A stretch of DNA of 63,030 nt, the filler included, from Sluysia triapertura (lineage: Eukaryota), in assembly GCA_046118255.1 (NCBI GenBank). It is 5 parts of 5 records of this genome, joined end to end, with 100 filler letters (N's around TTAATTAATTAA, not from the genome) between each part and the next. Parts side by side here need not be neighbours in the genome. Positions count along the whole stretch, not along the records: positions 37,894 to 52,047 come from JBJNIA010004889.1; 4 more parts are not named here. The stretch is one strand, 5' to 3'. A model generated the notes under the pieces. That model made no database searches. It was not told the DNA's origin and worked only from the letters and a program-made list of their open reading frames with translations. Positions within the stretch are counted from its first letter, which is position 1. Every line of letters starts with the position of its first letter. Made by a program: the position numbers and the translations under genes. Below, in pieces: positions 38,219-50,560 of the stretch.

Positions 38219-41200
38219 AATAATAACAATTACTTTTTGATATTATTTCAATCAGAAAATAAATATGTAATCCTTATAAATATATAATCCTTAGGCAAAA
38301 ATATTAATTATTTTTTCAATTAAGATCGAAATATTCTATTAATTTCTATTTGTAATAAACGTTCAATCGTCAGCAATGCGTATCGATAAATTCAATTTCT
38401 TCATTTTAAATTCTTCAACTCCGACATTGCCTTCTATTATTTTTATGTAATTTTTATTTTATACTGTTTTTGTTAAACAATATGTTGTGGTCGAGTGGTA
38501 TTTATAATATTTAAATTATTAACTTATTTACTACAAAATTTACAATAAATCTTTTATTTGCAATTTTATAAACATTTAGTTTAACATAAAAATCCAAATC
38601 TTGGTTCAAAAATTTTAAATTAAAATGTCAAAACTAAATACATTAAAAGTTTTATTTAACATAAAATTTTCTAATTTATAATTATGCGATAAATATCTAA
38701 TATCTTGCATACATTCTTGTAAAAGCTGAAAACAAGATTTTTCTTCTAATTCCTTTAAATTTTTCAATATATTTAAAAGTCAAAGATAATGCAAATTAAG
38801 AATGATAATAATACTAACAAGAACGACAATGTTATTGTTATTATTATTATTATAAAAATGCATAAAGTACTTAGATTCTTTAAAAATTATACATGATCTT
38901 ACTCTTATATCTTTAATTTCTTAACATATTTGAATTTAATTCCTTGGAATACTTAAAAATGAGATTGTTTTAAGGTGTTAAATATTTTGAATTAATATAA
39001 AGGTTTTAAGTGGATATTAAAATACCTTAATGTTGTGAATGAATTAATGTTTTTAGCTGAAGATGTTAATAGATCGTCGGTTATAAGTATGTTATGAGAT
39101 TATAGATTTTGGGGGTGAATGTTATATTGACACACATGATTTTGGTTGTGTTAACATAGGGTTATGTAAAAAGTTTTAATGAATTTTTGAAAATGTATAT
39201 TGTATATTTTGAAGGTGTTTATGGTGATATAATTTTTTGAAAGAAAATTTTTAATAAAATTTGCTAAAATTAATAGGTTGGCCACCACACAATAATTAAT
39301 TGTTTTAAATTTTGTCTGAATTAAGTAACAATAATGGTATTCACCAATAATATTAATAGTTAATAAATTTAAAAAAAATAATGATCAATAATATTAGTTA
39401 ATAATAAGTAGTAATACAGTAATAGTAATAACAATAATAAGTAGTAATGGCTAAATTTTTAGTTAATGATAACAATAAATAGTTTAATACTAGTTACAGT
39501 AACAAAATAATTATTAGTAACAATAAGTGGTGATATTAATTTTTTGTCTGAATAATTTATTTTTTTGTAATTAAATTTTGTTTACGTATAATTTATATTC
39601 ATTCTTATTTTAAGATAACTTTTGTCGACTATAATGCTTTTAATTTTGATATAATTTTAATATTACATTATTCTCTTTTCTGTCCAATCTTTAATTGAAG
39701 TTGATTTTAATCGAAAATAATGTTATTAATTTTTAATTACACATTAATTTATACAATCTCACTTTAATATAATACAATCTTTATGTTCTTAAAGTTTAAT
39801 GTTATGTTGTCTTTATAGAATCTCATTTTAAAATGACAGTCTATTTAATTTCAATTTGAAACTAGTTATTATTTGTTATAAAATTTTGAATTTATATTAA
39901 CTCAATTAAATCTCATTTTAAATTGATATAAAGCATTATAATCTTAATGATAATTTTATTTTAAATAAATTTAAATTAAATGAATTTAAGATTTGATTTA
40001 AAAATTCTAAAAAATTGGAGTTTAAAATAAATTGGAAAACAAATGAATGTTACACTTTTAACTTATTAAACATTAAACTATTAATTTCTTCACAGTAATT
40101 TATAGAAATTTTGTTATAACTTGATAAGATTCATTTATTGTATTGCAATTAATATAATATAAATATCGAAAACTTAGTTAAATTCTTTTTACAATTACAT
40201 AATTACATTTATTTCTTAGATTATACTTTCAATGTCTTGATAGGAAAAAATATTACTACATTGATATATGTAAATAATTTTATTAATAATGTTGATTAAT
40301 ATTTATTTTTTCGAATTATTTGTGTAAATAATCTTTAAATATTACTTGTAATATATGTATAATTGAACAAATTTTGTATCTAATTAGTAAGTAAAAAATA
40401 AATCTTGGAAATTTTTATAATTTAAATTGTAGACGTTTCCGTATACACTAATATTTAAACAAACAAATACAAAACTTTTTTTCATTTATTCATAATTTTA
40501 TTTATAAAGTTAAACAAAAAAAATTACAGAAAGATAAATTAATGAACTCTATCTTTGCCTTATTATCACAGTGAGATGAAATTTTACTTGAATGGGTATT
40601 TCTGGAAGCGATTGAGCCATGCCAAAACATCCGATTAGGCAAAACTTTCACATTTTGGATCATTAGAAAATAAAAAAGACCATAAAATGAGACAAAATAA
40701 CAAATAAAATATCAAGATGTAAATTCAAAAGAGAGACCCTTATTTAAAAAATTAGTATTATCACTAACAAAAAGAAAATAATCTATTCAAGCAACTGAAA
40801 ACAAACAAACAAACAAACACGCACGCACAATATGAAACAAATTACATTCATTGCGTAATTTCTATCAAAACAAAATATGTACGACTTCATTATTTTTACA
40901 TCCAGGTTCTGAAAAGTAATTTGTTGTATACCTGGCAAATAAAATCCATTGAAAGAAAATTGGCAATATAAATACAACAGGTAAAACTGACATCTGGATA
41001 ATAAATTATTATGTAATTATAGTGGCCTTGCTGCACAAATGCATTTTAAATCTACTATAAAATAAGCTTTGCTTAATATATGCGTTTTATTGTTAAAAGT
41101 CAGTTATTCGTTAGGATTTTTGATTTTTTCATTTTCATATTCAGTTTTTTAGAAGTTTTATTCAGAATTTAGAATTTTCATATTTTACACTGCACATATT

Positions 41201-41666
41201 GCAACATGAATAACGAAGCTATTTCGTCCTTAGTTCATTTTCACGAAACTATTTTGCGATCCTATATATTATTACGGAATTAATTAAAACAAAATATGTT
41301 AATTCATTTGTAAAATTATGAAACTTTTATTAATTACTTTTCCAGTATTACATTACGCTTTAATCATCATTTATCATTCAACCATGTCATGTTAATTCTT
41401 TTTGAATTCATTAGTTGTTTTAATAGAAAATATTTTCGATAGAACTGAAAAAGAGAAATAATTTTATTGTTAATATTTTTCCTATTGACTCTTATCTTTA
41501 AACATTATGATTTTTATAAATATTTGGATTTTAATTATTTTAAAATATCATTTAAATCATAAAAAAAATGGTTATTTTCTATTATTTTATTATATTTTTA
41601 TTAAATTATATTATTATTTTGTAATTTAATTTTTATTTTATTATATTATATATTTTCAATTCTTAT

Positions 41667-41900
41667 CGTAGGGAAATCATATCAAAATATCAACACTTCA
41701 TCACATAAAAACATCTCATACATACACAGAACATTAAACAACTTCTTGACTCATTCAAAGAACAAACCTAATCATTGTACATAATTATCACGAACTATAG
41801 TAATTGTTATTATAAATCCAATCGTATTAAAATATATAATAATTATTACCATTATTGCCTTTATATAATATGATTACCATGATTATCATATAATAACATT
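41667..41900 (+). repeat. Dispersed repeat family 2 (starts T/CGTAGGGAA; LTR-like); other copies ~51690-51850 (-), ~52150-52408 (-), 62942-63030 (+)
   Basis: Shared CATCAC...CATAAAA.CA...ATACACA.A.C.ATTAAAC..ACTCATTCAAA blocks. Common TGTAGGGAA start at 41667, 52408 (rc) and 62942. Confidence 0.65.
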
Positions 41901-42759
41901 CATAATAATGTCACAACACTACTATTTGAAAATATATAATAATTACGTTATTGTTATCATTATTATTTATGTTATCTTTACCTTCAACCTTATTTTTTTA
42001 TTTCTATGAACTTACATGGATTTATGTATATGTGAATCTGATCATTATTTATTTTAAACAGGACTTCAGAAACACTGTTGGATAAAACAAACGTATATGT
42101 TAATATGGCGCAGTACATAAAATGAGATTCTTATTTTATGATTCTATTTTCATTCAATCGATTAATAATTATTTTATCATATCAGTATTTAAAATACAAT
42201 ATTCATATTTACTATTACGTAATTAAATTTAAATTTATGCATTGGTGTCGAATACATGGATTTTTTAGAAATAAAATGGTATATCCGAGTTATTCTGAAG
42301 TATCTATCATCCTAGATCCTACGTCTCATATTACTATAATGAGTGATATTAAAACAATCCAAGATTAATAATTAATTTTATCCATTGTTGGAATTCATCT
42401 TTCAATAAAATAACAAATAAATACCTTTATTAACAATTACATTTGTTTTTTTATTATGTTTTTATCAAGATATTTTTAGTATTAAACGTGTCACCTGAAT
42501 ATTTTTTGAGTTCATAATAATGCAAATAATATTTATTTACTGATTTGTGTTTATATCTATTTCGACCAAAAAGTTTATTTTATACCGCTGAATAAATTTA
42601 ACTTTCATACGTAAAATCAAAACAGATATTGAAAAAAATTGTTAACTTTAAAAACAATGTCAAATTAAAATGTTAAAAGTTAAAAATAGTATTAATTATA
42701 TATTTAAACATTATAATTATTAATATGGATTATGTTATTGATTGGAATATATGCTGTAG

Positions 42760-43530
42760 ATGTATAATTGCAGTAATATGATAATTTTAATAATTGCAAT
42801 AATAGCTCAAAATTTGGTAGGCTATTATTTCATATGGAAACGTTTTTACTTATTATATAAACGTGATTATGTACCAGCAAACAAATTAGTTGAATTAGAT
42901 TTAGAAACTACTTATATGCATTTTATTCGAAATTTCTGTTTAATATCTAGTTTGCAGAACATTATGTTTATATTTTCAACGCTGTTTTTTGATATACTAT
43001 CAACAACTAAAATTAGTGTAAAATTCGATGAGTACAGTGACAACATTATGTCAATATATTAATGCATATCTGATAACAATTTCGAGTTTGATAAAGACTT
43101 TATTCAAATTTTTAAAGACAGATATTCAAGTGTTGATGGTGGAAAATTTAAATTGATGGAAAATGGAGATAATTTACGAGATATCTTCAGTGATTTAAAT
43201 GAAAGTTTAACCGGAATGATTAAAGCTGTTAGTTTAATAGTACCAAAATTTTCATTTTCTAATAATAGTTATGTCACAAATTTATCGCATGATTATATTT
43301 TTCGGAAGGACAATAGAAGTATTCAAAGAAACAGTCCTTCAATTTCTAACACTGTTTCTATTAAATCTGATTATGTTTTACATTTTACAATTATTAGCCT
43401 TATTTATAATTTTGTGATTGTTGTTCGTGTTAATATAGCAAAATTCAGCCTTGTTATTTATTTATTTAAATTCTTGATTTTAAAAGGCTTTAATTGTTAT
43501 TATGTTTTTTTAATGTTTCATTTTAATTGA
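42760..43530 (+). pseudogene. 257-codon frame with one internal TAA; unknown protein with a hydrophobic C-terminus
   Basis: ORFs 42760-43062 and 43153-43530 share a frame, and the sequence between them is open (IY*CISDNNFEFDKDFIQIFKDRYSSVDGGKFKLMENG). Confidence 0.45.
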
Positions 43531-45405
43531 AAATTTTAATGCATTTAATAAAGTTTATAAAATAAAAGAAACCAAAGTTTTATGTATTTAGAAAGTTTAT
43601 AAAATTTAAAATAAAAAAAGCCCTTCCCACAGTTACTTATATTAACTCGGATAGAGTAATTCAAAATATCATTGTTTACGTATTAATGCATTAAATCGTA
43701 TTATGTGATCGATGCCATAAAACGTTTGAAAAACACAAATTTACATCCAATGAAAATTGATTGTATGGATTATAGGTAACCTTATTATTAATATGAAGGA
43801 TACTCAATGAAGTGGCTGTCGATGCTAAAATGACTATTTTTGTAAATTTTAGTACATTTTAAGGGTTTATAACTTCAAATATAAAATTATTTATTCATAT
43901 ATTATTGAATAATTGCTTACAGTTATACATTTTAACTCTTTTTTTGCCGAAATAAAAAACTTTCAAAGAATGCAGTGTTATCCATATGTCAGTCTCCAAT
44001 TACATTGTTTTATTGTTTTATTGTTCTTTTTATGAACCGAATTCTTTTTTTGATTCATCTGATTCTATTTTTCGAAATTTGAAGGACTAAAATCATTAGT
44101 ATTTGTTGAATTAATCAGAATTTAAAAGGTATATATAAAATATAACATAGAATACAAAATTTAAAATAAAGTTTTCATAATATTTCCATTATTTTGTTCT
44201 ATGAATGTTTTTGATGATTTGACATACTCATTTTATCTAAAAATTAATTGAAAATGCTAATATACAATGTCAATATTAAACAAAAGAATTAAGTATAAAA
44301 ATATAAAATATTTTCTTATAGATGAATATTAAACTAAGTTCGTTCTGTAGTTGTTAGTACATTCACCAAATAATAGATTTCTAATGAAATCGATGTAAAA
44401 ATTAAAAATGAATTATAATAAAAATAAAATTAAATATTATTTTAATTATAATTATTATTATTATTACTATTATAAAAAACCATTTGATATGTGGTATTAT
44501 GGAAAATGGTTAGCTAAAGAATTTTAATAAATATTTTATATAGAAAAATTAAAATTTTATATCTGAACGTGCAGGAAGTTTCATTATTTTAGAAAGACGA
44601 TTTTCTCATTAGATTAATTTTAAAATAAATTGATGAAACATAAATTTGACATATCAAAATCTAGGGTTCGTTAAACTTAATGAGAAAATTTGTTTAAGAA
44701 CTTTAAATTGAGCGTATAAAATCTGTGTTGCATTCTTTTGACTTTATTAAAATTTAATAATTACAAAGAAGTAGATATTGTTATTGTAAATGAGTATTAT
44801 AAATAAATTTATAGGTAATTTAGGAATCAATTTATGGGTAATTTAAGAATCAATTATTAAGTGCACATTTGCATTAAATGTTTGAAGTTAATTTTTCTTT
44901 GATATAGTTAATTCTAATTTATTTATTTCTCTAATAATTTTGGTTTTTTTATCTTAATTAATTTTAGTTCCTTTATAATCAGCATAATTATAAACTTTAT
45001 TTTGTTAGTGGCTACTTTTAAGCAATTATTTGAAGAGTGTAAAAATAAAAGGAAAAAAATGACGTTTTTTTCATCTTAAACTTTTTAATTTTGACCTTAA
45101 TGCAATCACTCTACTATATTCTATATACCATAATTTTAGTAAATTTAAAATTTACTAAATTGCTTTTAAAAGGCAAATAAGTACTTTTTTAATATTTTCA
45201 AAAATAACAAGACAAAAAATAACATAATAAATTTTGTTACAATATAAACGGCAAGATAAGAAAACGCCATTATTGCTTTTATGACTAAATTTAATATTTT
45301 TGTACAACAATAAATATTTTATTTTATAAATAATATATTTAAATATTTAATTTAGTCATATGCAGTGGTTTGTTTTATAATTATATATTGTGTAAAAGAA
45401 AAAAT

Positions 45406-46299
45406 TTAGGTCTTGATAAATATTTTCTTCATTTCTTCTCTAAAAGCCGGATAAGTAAGTGTATATATAGGTAAATTAACACAATTATTAACATAAACAA
45501 ATAAATACGTAATTAGCCAAGCTAAATTGAAATTGTAACTCGGTGTATTACCACTACTGGCATATGTTCGATAGAAATTTGTAATTCCGAATGGAACATT
45601 AAATAAAAAGAATGCAACAGTTACACAAAGTAATGTACTGGTAACTTTATTGTCACGTCGTTTCAAACTGGTTGCATTATTACAATTAGCACGACGTGTT
45701 GTTTGAAGTTGATGATACATATTTATCTTTAGTTTAATAATAATAGCCATATTACATGTAACGATGACAATTAGTGGTATAAAACAAAGAAACAATGCAT
45801 CGAGAATGTCAACAACTAATGCATAATTGTAACTAATATTTGTACAGCCTTCTGGGCCCAGATACGTACCGAAAAATAAATGAAAATTGATTATCATTAA
45901 TCCACTAACTACAGACAGTAAAATAACTTTCTGTTGATGAAATGTTGATTGTTTATTAAATACAACTGTCATTAAACGTTCTAAACAAATAACTGCAACA
46001 AAAGCCGAACTTAAATGACTAGTATATATAACAACAAATGATATTATTTGACAGAAAGTATTCGATAATGATGTTAAATTGATCGAAAATAATTCGCGAA
46101 TCCAATATCGACCTAGACCAATTATAAGTACAATTGTATCTGTAATTGATAAACAAACGAGTGTTAACTGGCAAGGCGTACCTGTAAATCTAGGTCGAAG
46201 TAATACCACAATAGATAATATATTCTCTAATACACCAATAGGAATCAATATAGAAGCTCCAGTGATCCACATAGTTGATGTAGTTGAATTTAATGACAT
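45406..46299 (-). CDS. Intronless class A (rhodopsin-like) GPCR, invertebrate peptide/FMRFamide-receptor-like
   Basis: 297 aa with seven hydrophobic segments. TM1 GVLENILS, TM2 CLSITD, Cys at the TM3 start, CLERL (DRY equivalent), TM5 FIPL, TM6 FFLFNVPF, TM7 NNCVNLPIY, helix 8 AFREEM. Confidence 0.92.
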   Translation of the reverse strand: MSLNSTTSTMWITGASILIPIGVLENILSIVVLLRPRFTGTPCQLTLVCLSITDTIVLIIGLGRYWIRELFSINLTSLSNTFCQIISFVVIYTSHLSSAFVAVICLERLMTVVFNKQSTFHQQKVILLSVVSGLMIINFHLFFGTYLGPEGCTNISYNYALVVDILDALFLCFIPLIVIVTCNMAIIIKLKINMYHQLQTTRRANCNNATSLKRRDNKVTSTLLCVTVAFFLFNVPFGITNFYRTYASSGNTPSYNFNLAWLITYLFVYVNNCVNLPIYTLTYPAFREEMKKIFIKT

Positions 46300-47057
46300 A
46301 TTCGATATTTTGTGGAAAATTTTAATTTACATTTGTTTAATTGCAAAATAAATAACATAATTTGCCCAATCAAATTAATATTCGATTAGCATAGGTTAAT
46401 TGTTAGAAAAATGAAATAAAAAGTAATAATTATGTTAACGTAAATTAAGAGTACTTGTTTGAAATACTTTATCTATGACATTATTTTTAGTAAGTTATAA
46501 AATAAAATCATTCATTTATTTAAATTAAATTAAATAATTCAATTAATTTAAATAATATAATACTGTAATTAAAAAGTTAATATAATTAAGCAAAATTCGC
46601 TACTAACAAGATTTAATTATAATTATAATTAAGAACAAATTTTATAGTTTGTACAGGATGATTTTGGATCGTCATGACGAAAATATTTTTGATTATTAAT
46701 ATTGAAATTATACCATCAATTTTTAAGTTCGTTTGACTTTTTAAAATTTTCGAATACTCCGAATAATTTAAAGAAAAGTTTCAAAAAGACACTATATTTA
46801 GCATATTAAATCGAAAAGTGAGGCGAAATAATGAATAAAATGATATGGAAAACAATAAAACGAGAATAATGTAAAAAAGATTGAATAAATTTACATAATC
46901 ATAATAATATTAATAATAATAATAAAGTTTATATAAATAGCTTTTTTTAAAAATTTATAATATTTGTTTAATTATCTTTACTCACTTGACTTTAATTTAT
47001 GAAATTAGTTTGTCTCGGTATTTTGTAGCTTAAGCGTACTAGAAAATTATAACACTA

Positions 47058-47282
47058 TTAACCCTTTCAGCCCCGAATTTTTTTCCTTAAGATATATGGT
47101 GATTTTTGCACAAATATGGCGGCGCTCTGATGTTACGTAATTACGTTCAAGGTAATTTTTATATCTGGAGGAAGCTAAAATTATGTTCTTCGTATTACTT
47201 TAGTAGGATCTTGCATAGCGGTTGTGTAAGAGAAAAAATCGCCATTGACCCCATATGGCGGTCCCGGGGCTGAAAGGGTTAA
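47058..47282. mobile_element. piggyBac-type MITE, TIR family CCCTTTCAGCCCCG
   Basis: TTAA(47058-61)-CCCTTTCAGCCCCG ... CGGGGCTGAAAGGG-TTAA(47279-82). Perfect 14-bp TIRs. Confidence 0.9.
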
Positions 47283-48349
47283 TGAAAACACTAATGTTAC
47301 GAATAAAGATATGAAAAAGTATTAAAAAATATGGAATTAATCAATATACCGATTTAAGAATTTTATTTGGAAATTGATCGTATTGAATCGATTTTCGAAA
47401 CTAAAAGTGAAAGTTATTTGTTAAATGAGTTGGATATAAAAACCTGAATGGATACTTGAATCTCTATTAATGCTATAAACAAAATCTCTATATTTATGAA
47501 ATGAATATTGAAAATTTTTATTAAATTTTCCGAACAATAGGGTCCACTTACTATTATTTAAAATTTAATTTTGTGATAATTTGGTTTGCATTGCAATAAA
47601 ATATTATAAATTCTTTTTGAGATAACGACTGCTATAATTAAACTTAATTAATTAAACCTAATTAATTAAACTTAAATTAAATCTGGTAGGTATTAATTAC
47701 TATTACTACATGAATAGCCCAAAGAATTTGACTATAAGACTGTTTATTAATTTTTATAAGAATTTGTGATGGTTTAAGAGAACCTAAAAGCACTTACGAT
47801 AATGAACTTAAAAGATTTAATGAATACTTTTCAAACATAGTTTTATAAATAATCAGGAAAATGCCTAACATGCATAGTAAGTTTATAAAATGCATAAAAA
47901 ATGTAAATATGTTAAATGTATCAGGTATGGGTTTCTTGACTAATTAACCAATAATTAGAAGTTAAGGCATTATTCTAATTATTATAATCTAAAGTTCGTC
48001 ACTAATGCGAACTTCAATTTTTTAAATGTAAATGCGTTATTTATGCACTTGCCTAAATGAAAAATTAAAATTAATAATTATTTAAGTGTATTATCGATAG
48101 TGGTATCAAAAATGAAATAAATTAAAATGAGAGTAATGCATCTAGAAGTTCTGAAGTCGTGATTTTTAGAATTCTAAACAATAGCACGGTATTGAATGTA
48201 TTAATTTATATGTCTGATTTAGAATGAAAAGTTGTAAGAAATATGGTACATTCAAGTTTGCAAATGATTTATATTAAGTGTTTTAATATCGGTTTGAATA
48301 ATTAAAATATAAGTTCAAAGATGAGCCATTACATTCAAGGAATACTATA

Positions 48350-49183
48350 ATGGGCTTCCCGACCTTAAATTTGGTAATTAATTGATGAAAGAGCATAAAA
48401 TCCCAAATAAAACATTAAATATATATTATAATAAATTCAATAAATTGATTAAAATAAATTTATTTGTTTTAGATTCATTCTAATCTTGACAATAATAAAC
48501 ATAAACTTGAAACGTTGCCTTTGGAGTGTATCTGGAAGATTTTATTACATATTTCATCACCACATGACCTACAAGTAGTTGGTGAGACAAATAATATATT
48601 ATACACTGTCGTCAATGATGATTTGCTATGGAAACAACTGGTATTATATCATTTCAGTGGAATGCAGCTCAAGTTGATTATGAAAATGAGTCATCAGAAA
48701 ACGTTTGATGATTGTAATTGGAAATTTCTTTATAAACGATTATTAAAGAATTATGGTGATCAACATTACTATCCTTCTAAATTAGCCAAGTGTCACAAAT
48801 GTTCTAGTTTATTTTGGCCAGTAAGTTTTATTTTGTTTAGAAATTTTATTTGTAAAATTAAATTTAATCCTTTATTTCTTAAATTTTGATGATTTCTAAG
48901 CTTTAAGAAGCTTTCAACCACTTTTTCATAAGTTCTCTGTATAACATCAGTTTTAAGGTTTTTATTTCTCTGTATAAATTTTATTTGCTTTAAAATTAAA
49001 GTGTTTTGAAACGATAGAAAAATCATACTATTAAATTTATTTATGATTATTATTTATTTTTGTTTATTAATGATATTACAATTTAATCATTTCATCCAGT
49101 TATTTGGTCATCCTGGTTGTTCAGATCCTGAATCATACGTATTGTTAACACCAGAAGATTTTGTGAATTTATTTTCAATATGA
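48350..49183 (+). CDS. FBXO25/FBXO32 (atrogin-1)-like F-box protein, 3' exons
   Basis: Exon 48473-48820: LETLPLECIWKILLHISSPHDL..DDLLWKQLVLYHFS..WKFLYKRL..CHKCSSLFWP. Intron 48821-49099 (GTAAG..CAG). Exon 49100-49183: LFGHPGCSDPESYVLLTPEDFVNLFSI*, matching the family C-terminal HPC..SPQDFINLF motif. In-frame small exon 48350-48373. Confidence 0.8.
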
Positions 49184-50241
49184 ATCTACTCTCATTTTTA
49201 ATCAACGTATATTTGAATTATTTAATTTGAATTTATTAGATCTCCTTATGGCATCTCATTTATTATTCTTATTGTGATCATATTTCAGAAGATAATATTA
49301 TATTTTCAATTTTTATTGCAACAATAATTTATGCAGTATTCGTTATTGTTTGTCATTAATATAATCATTTTTATATTTTAATGTAAAGAAAATTTTACTG
49401 TGTGGTAACTCATTTCCATTCTTAATTTAATTAAACAAAATCGTTTGCAAACTGAACACATCTCTATGTTTACAACTTTTCACATTACATTATCAACGCC
49501 TCTTCATATATTTCAACATCAGTTTTCATCAATTCTACTATATCCTAAATACCGTAAGCTACATTCATCAACCAACTTACAATCCATACTTCTGATAATC
49601 ATTAGTACAACTGTAGATATACCAGAATCCTTTTAATTTATTTCAATTTAATCAAGTTCGTAATATATAAATTGCAAAATATTAATATCTATTACAAAGT
49701 ACTTCCAAATCCTTATGATAAAAACAAGCATCATAATATTAACTTAAAAAGAGTTTCAGGTAAAACATTTTCAATTTAGACATCTGTCAACGTATCGGAT
49801 GCTTTTATCACTTATTTAGTTATATATAATCAATCGATTTAAAATATTTCGTAAAACATTACGAATGTAGGATAATTTGCAACAAAACAATTAAAAATTT
49901 ACGAAAGTAATAATAATGTAGAAAGTTTTTATGCTCTAGTTTGCTGAAAATTTATGATTTAGTTTTTAATGTTTATTTCAGCAAGAAAGAAGAATTATTT
50001 CATTAAAATTAGAATTTTCAGTTTCTTACGAAGTTAATTAAGTATTTGATAAAACCATAATTAAGGAGTATTACTATTTAGATAAAACATTAGCTTATAA
50101 AGTTACAGAAATTCCCTCTTCTCCACATAAGACGTTTACTGTAATCGGACACTGCTCAAAAATATTTTTCCTTAGGTTAAATGTTAGAAAAACCACATTA
50201 AAATAATATGGATGATTTTGAAAGATGAATTTAAATTGTTT

Positions 50242-50560
50242 TGTTGGAATTACCTACCTGTGTATCAGGAAATGACTGAGAAACATGGAACTATAAAATG
50301 AAGAAAGAACTGATACCAAGTGATGGATTGAACATTATAAGAGGTGTTGAAATAAGAATCAAAAATTAAAACATTTATAGTAATGTTAACAGCTAAAGAA
50401 TACCTTGGCATTCCAAAGATCTATGAAAGACCTTTATGGAAGCTTGAAATGGACTTGGAGAATCTTTTAAAGCATTAAGGTATTTTTGAACTTGTAAACC
50501 TTTAGATGTTTAAGACTTTAGTAACCTTTAAGTATTCTTGGAACGTTTAAAATATTTGAG
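50242..50560 (+). repeat. Dispersed repeat family 1, copy G
   Basis: Starts TGTTGGAATT. GGAACTATAAAATGAAGAAAGAACTG and AAGCTTGAAATGGACTTG blocks are shared with rc of 37895-38218. Confidence 0.7.

Noticed and set aside
40520-41000. Tetraspanin-like exons (PDVSFTCC, EPGC, LAWL) on the minus strand
   Set aside because: The motifs lie in different frames, and no CCG or transmembrane segments were found.
45135-45159. AT-rich palindromes (also ~56712-56740)
   Set aside because: Arms of 10-11 bp are expected by chance at this base composition.
46079-46351. Plus-strand ORF overlapping the GPCR (likewise 35794-35988 and 48793-49026 at other genes)
   Set aside because: These are antisense shadows of real genes.
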